A stretch of DNA of 42,606 bases from Octopus bimaculoides (taxonomy: Eukaryota): contig NC_068995.1 in the NCBI RefSeq assembly GCF_001194135.2, positions 23,724,203 through 23,766,808 on the forward strand, read 5' to 3'. Positions 38,660-42,606 of the stretch are shown here, piece by piece (position 1 is the first letter of the stretch; each line of letters begins with the position of its first letter). The notes under the pieces were generated by a model. That model saw nothing but the letters and a program-made list of their open reading frames with translations. It did not search any database and was not told the DNA's origin. Made by a program: the position numbers and the translations under genes.

Positions 38660-39724
38660 TCTAATATATATTTGTGAAAAGGGTGGACGTTGTCTCAGTT
38701 ACAACTGTGCCGGCAAAAGTGTTACTAAATGTGGTCGGGTTGTGCTGAAAATTTGCACACCTATTGAATTCCTTAACAGCCAACTACCTCTCGGACTTCC
38801 ACCTCATGACTGAAGGTTGGTGTTCCAGTTATGCTGCTGAGAAACGTGGAACCACCAGAACTATGCAACAGTACGCGTCTGATCATCAAAAAGATTGAGA
38901 CCTTAATTCTGACGACCACCATTCTGATTGGACCGTCTGCTGGTTTGACAAAGTTATTAACCCCCATGAGTGTTAGTCACTCTGCCGTGCCATTCGGATT
39001 TACGCGACGGCAGTTTCCCTTAAAAGTATGTTTTGCAATGAGCATCAACAAGGCACAGGGACAGTCGTTACAAGTAGTTGGCCTAAATCTGAGAGCCACG
39101 GTCAACTATACGTCGGATGCTCCCGTGTCGGCAGTCCACACAATCCGGGCAACACCAGGAACGTTGTCTACAAAGACGCTCTGCAGTAACACTTTTGAAC
39201 CTACCACCTTTACTCTCCCGTCGCTGGAGTCATTGTAACTTTCTCAATTTTTTAGCCCAGCTGCATCCACCTTCTTCACGTCGCTGGCCACCACTGCCAT
39301 ATGACCACTTCTGCCAGTCAAACTCCCAACCCATGGGTTCACGTCGCGACACTTATTTCGCAAAATTAGTTTGGGTGTAACTACATATTGTATCCAAAAC
39401 ATTGTAAGTGCAGTCGTATTATACTATTTCGGTTTGTGCAGAGACTTGATTGGTGTTTATTTTTTTCCAGTATTTTCCCGTCATTCTTTGCCCTTCACAT
39501 CTGCATCCGCGAGGTTTCTCCAAGACTATTTAAACATTTGGCATGCTTTTTTTCATTATCAATTTTTAATAAAATTTTCTTTTTTTATTTTATTTTTTTA
39601 ATTCTTCATCTTTAAAATATGGCCCGAGTAGACCCGAATGAAATTTGGTTGTAATACCGAAACAAGTAAAACAATAAAAAACTATGCTATATTAATGGCG
39701 AGCAAGGCCGGGTTTCTCTGCTAG
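38660..39724 (+). mobile_element. Internally deleted Helitron (1065 bp) retaining the helicase C-terminus
   Basis: Starts TCTAATATATA, ends GGCGAGCAAGGCCGGG-TTTCTCTG-CTAG followed by T, and carries PIF1 helicase motifs. Confidence 0.85.
38760..39189 (+). pseudogene. Helitron RepHel PIF1-type helicase C-terminal remnant (two frameshifts)
   Basis: PIEFLNSQLPLGLPPH / LKVGVPVMLLRNVEPPELCNSTRL...RRQFPLKVCFAMSINKAQGQSLQVVGLNLR / HGQLYVGCSRVGS...TRNVVYKDALQ* (TAA at 39187-39189). Confidence 0.92.
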
Positions 39725-39731
39725 TATATAT

Positions 39732-39769
<38 letters not shown>

Positions 39770-41057
39770 ATGAGGGTAGAAATTGATATTGATCAATTAA
39801 AACCAGTGGTCTAGCATATTAAAAAATCCGAAGATTAAAATTATATTACATACAAGAATAAGAGGAATGACCAGCAAATGTGGATTCTTGAATGCTAGAA
39901 ATAGATGCCGAAACGCTGATGATCCCGCAGATATTTACTTATGTAAATGTTAACAGGTGAAACCATGGTACGTAAATTAATCGTTTTTAGTATTTTTTAA
40001 TTTGTCTTACTCATTTACAGTCTGTTGTGTCGCTGATTTTTTTCTACTGAGNNNNNNNNNNNNNNNNNNNNNNNNNNNNNNNNNNNNNNNNNNNNNNNNN
40101 NNNNNNNNNNNNNNNNNNNNNNNNNNNNNNNNNNNNNNNNNNNNNNNNNNNNNNNNNNNNNNNNNNNNNNNNNNNNNNNNNNNNNNNNNNNNNNNNNNNN
40201 NNNNNNNNNNNNNNNNNNNNNNNNNNNNNNNNNNNNNNNNNNNNNNNNNNNNNNNNNNNNNNNNNNNNNNNNNNNNNNNNNNNNNNNNNNNNNNNNNNNN
40301 NNNNNNNNNNNNNNNNNNNNNNNNNNNNNNNNNNNNNNNNNNNNNNNNNNNNNNNNNNNNNNNNNNNNNNNNNNNNNNNNNNNNNNNNNNNNNNNNNNNN
40401 NNNNNNNNNNNNNNNNNNNNNNNNNNNNNNNNNNNNNNNNNNNNNNNNNNNNNNNNNNNNNNNNNNNNNNNNNNNNNNNNNNNNNNNNNNNNNNNNNNNN
40501 NNNNNNNNNNNNNNNNNNNNNNNNNNNNNNNNNNNNNNNNNNNNNNNNNNNNNNNNNNNNNNNNNNNNNNNNNNNNNNNNNNNNNNNNNNNNNNNNNNNN
40601 NNNNNNNNNNNNNNNNNNNNNNNNNNNNNNNNNNNNNNNNNNNNNNNNNNNNNNNNNNNNNNNNNNNNNNNNNNNNNNNNNNNNNNNNNNNNNNNNNNNN
40701 NNNNNNNNNNNNNNNNNNNNNNNNNNNNNNNNNNNNNNNNNNNNNNNNNNNNNNNNNNNNNNNNNNNNNNNNNNNNNNNNNNNNNNNNNNNNNNNNNNNN
40801 NNNNNNNNNNNNNNNNNNNNNNNNNNNNNNNNNNNNNNNNNNNNNNNNNNNNNNNNNNNNNNNNNNNNNNNNNNNNNNNNNNNNNNNNNNNNNNNNNNNN
40901 NNNNNNNNNNNNNNNNNNNNNNNNNNTATATATACCGGAGTAAGCACATGAAATGTGCAACAAAGTGGAAAAAAGTACTCAAATACCCAGAGGTAGAGTA
41001 ATATGCTAAACTCAGAGTAACGGTTTTTTTGTTATATTTCTGCTGCTTTTAAATAAA

Positions 41058-41099
<42 letters not shown>

Positions 41100-41154
41100 A
41101 TCTGTGATGTTCGCGTTTGGCCCTAACCAGAGTGTGAAGGTTTGGCCATGTAAT

Positions 41155-41205
41155 GTAACTTCGTAGTTCGACAAAAGACACCGATAGAATAAATACTAGC
41201 CTTAG
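41155..41205 (+). mobile_element. CORE-like SINE internal fragment
   Basis: GTAACTTCGTAGTTCGACAAAAGACACCGATAGAATAAATACTAG matches the family. Confidence 0.6.
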
Positions 41206-41395
41206 AATGAACGATATATCACCGTAATAGCATCGGACACCTTGTACATCGAAGTGATCGTCACCGTTCTAACGGAGTACGAGGAAGTAATAGCGGCCAA
41301 CATCAGGTCTTTGCTAAGCAACATCGTCGGAGAGCAACCTGAGTTCTCATTCCTAAGGTATTTTTTTGGATGTTGTTATTATTATTATTTTTATT

Positions 41396-41470
41396 CAGGT
41401 CACTGCCTAGAATCGAACTCGGAATCTTGGGGTTAGTAGCCCGCGCTGTTAGCCACTACGCCATATCCCC
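41396..41470 (-). promoter_or_regulatory. tRNA-derived Pol III promoter head (A and B boxes)
   Basis: A-box TGGCGTAGTGG (41453-41463), B-box GTTCGATTC (41410-41418), T-arm CCGAG/CTAGG and a CT-ACT-AA anticodon-like loop. The acceptor stem does not pair. Confidence 0.85.
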
Positions 41471-41538
41471 AGGGCATAATAATAACAACATCAAAAAAAT
41501 ACCTTAGGAATGAGAACCCAGGTTCGAAATTTCCTCAA

Positions 41539-41584
41539 GACACCTGATGAAGGCTGGAGGGTATATCAGCCGAAACGTTGTGTT
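41539..41584 (+). ncRNA. Type I minimal (Penelope-type) hammerhead ribozyme
   Basis: GACAC-CTGATGA-A-GGCTG-10 nt loop-CAGCC-GAAAC-GTT|GTGTT: stem I GACAC/GTGTT, stem II 5 bp, palindromic ACGT stem III, predicted cleavage after 41579. Confidence 0.8.
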
Positions 41585-41930
41585 AACAATAAACAAGATG
41601 AGGACAAATATCCGTCAATTGTAAATAATGTAAATAATGTAGAAATTTCCTCATCTCTTAAATATAGAACGGTAGCTTCTTACAGTATTAGTGAAGAAGA
41701 ACGTAGTTTGAACTACAGCTTCGCTAATGACATAGTTTATTTACTTGGTTCAAGTGAAGGTCATAGGAAAATGAAAGAAATTTCTGATAAAATCTTAAGT
41801 GAATAATGTAAACTTAAGAAATATAATTCAATCCTCCAATTCTCTACAGACGTTTTAGAGCGTTTCTAGAAATTTCTTTAAAGTAAATGTATTATATTGT
41901 GTTGATACGTAATGGAAGTTTATTCGAGTT

Positions 41931-42085
<155 letters not shown>

Positions 42086-42297
42086 CGATTGTGCATTCAC
42101 GTTTGAGCCAATGATGGATATCGTTTTTAAAATGGTAGGGACACAGTCTATAATATAGTGAAAAATAGGTAGTTTCTGAAATGAAAATGATTAAGATGGT
42201 TATAGATGGTATGGTTCTGATCATAGGTCTGTTTTCTTTGAACAACTCTGGTTGCAAACAACATCGTACGTCTCAACTTTAGAATATATTAAATATA

Positions 42298-42606
42298 TTA
42301 AATACTGACGGGAAAATCATGTTTGGAATCATTGCTAGACGAATCATAAGATTCGTACAGCATAACGGTTACGTTAATGAAGCAATCCAAAAAGCAGGAA
42401 TCCCCGGAATCCCTGGGTGCATAGAACACGCATTTGCCATCTGGGAAGCTATCACCTGTGCAAAACAACTGAAGAAAAACCTGCACATTGTTTGGCTAGA
42501 TCTTGCCAATGCATATGGATCTGTTCCACACGCGGTAATCAGAGCAGCGATGGACTTCTTTTGGATTCCAAAAGATGTTCAACAAATGCTCATGTCCTAC
42601 TACGAC
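42298..42606 (+). CDS. Partial reverse transcriptase of an R2-superfamily (HERO/Utopia/NeSL-like) non-LTR retrotransposon, open to the window edge
   Basis: Stop-free hand translation: LNTDGKIMFGIIARRIIRFVQHNGYVNEAIQKAGIPGIPGCIEHAFAIWEAITCAKQLKKNLHIVWLDLANAYGSVPHAVIRAAMDFFWIPKDVQQMLMSYYD. It is missing from the ORF track because it has no stop inside the window. Confidence 0.9.

Larger units (their letters stand above)
41336..41670. mobile_element. tRNA-headed, hammerhead-bearing non-autonomous retroelement with a 5' inversion
   Basis: Inverted repeat 41336-41385 / 41477-41524 encloses a minus-strand tRNA-like head; the plus-strand body carries a hammerhead. Confidence 0.75.

Noticed and set aside
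39910-39922. GAAACG immediately followed by CTGATGA
   Set aside because: The two hammerhead boxes abut with no room for stems, and no partner strands were found.
41396-41470. Functional tRNA gene with ACT anticodon
   Set aside because: The acceptor stem does not pair and the anticodon stem has only 3 bp; it is a SINE head.

Overview
Eukaryotic, AT-rich, microsatellite-dense draft-assembly window with nine N-gaps (325-439, 3996-4027, 10043-10736, 11934-12425, 13575-13939, 20089-20373, 22121-22315, 24497-24689, 40052-40926). The repeat families look like those I recall from coleoid cephalopods (octopus); that assignment is inference. No host protein-coding gene can be identified with confidence, and most of the ORF track is microsatellite or gap artefact. 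The window is mostly mobile-element debris: four Penelope-like element (PLE) remnants, two with clean inverted terminal duplications; six fragments of a restriction-endonuclease-like (REL, R4/Dong-type) LINE; an RTE-like 3' end; an uninterrupted R2-superfamily RT running off the right edge; tandem Helitron derivatives with a PIF1 helicase C-terminus; many copies of a tRNA-headed CORE-like SINE; and several hairpin/MITE-like elements. The most interesting signals are RNA-level. (1) At 41336-41670 a tRNA-derived Pol III head is joined to a body carrying an intact Penelope-type minimal hammerhead ribozyme, integrated with a 5' inversion: a candidate ribozyme-bearing SINE. (2) At 4815-4874 (minus) all hammerhead strands are present but in a non-circularly permuted order, inside a tandem/inverted ~0.6 kb repeat unit. 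None of these folds or activities could be tested here.
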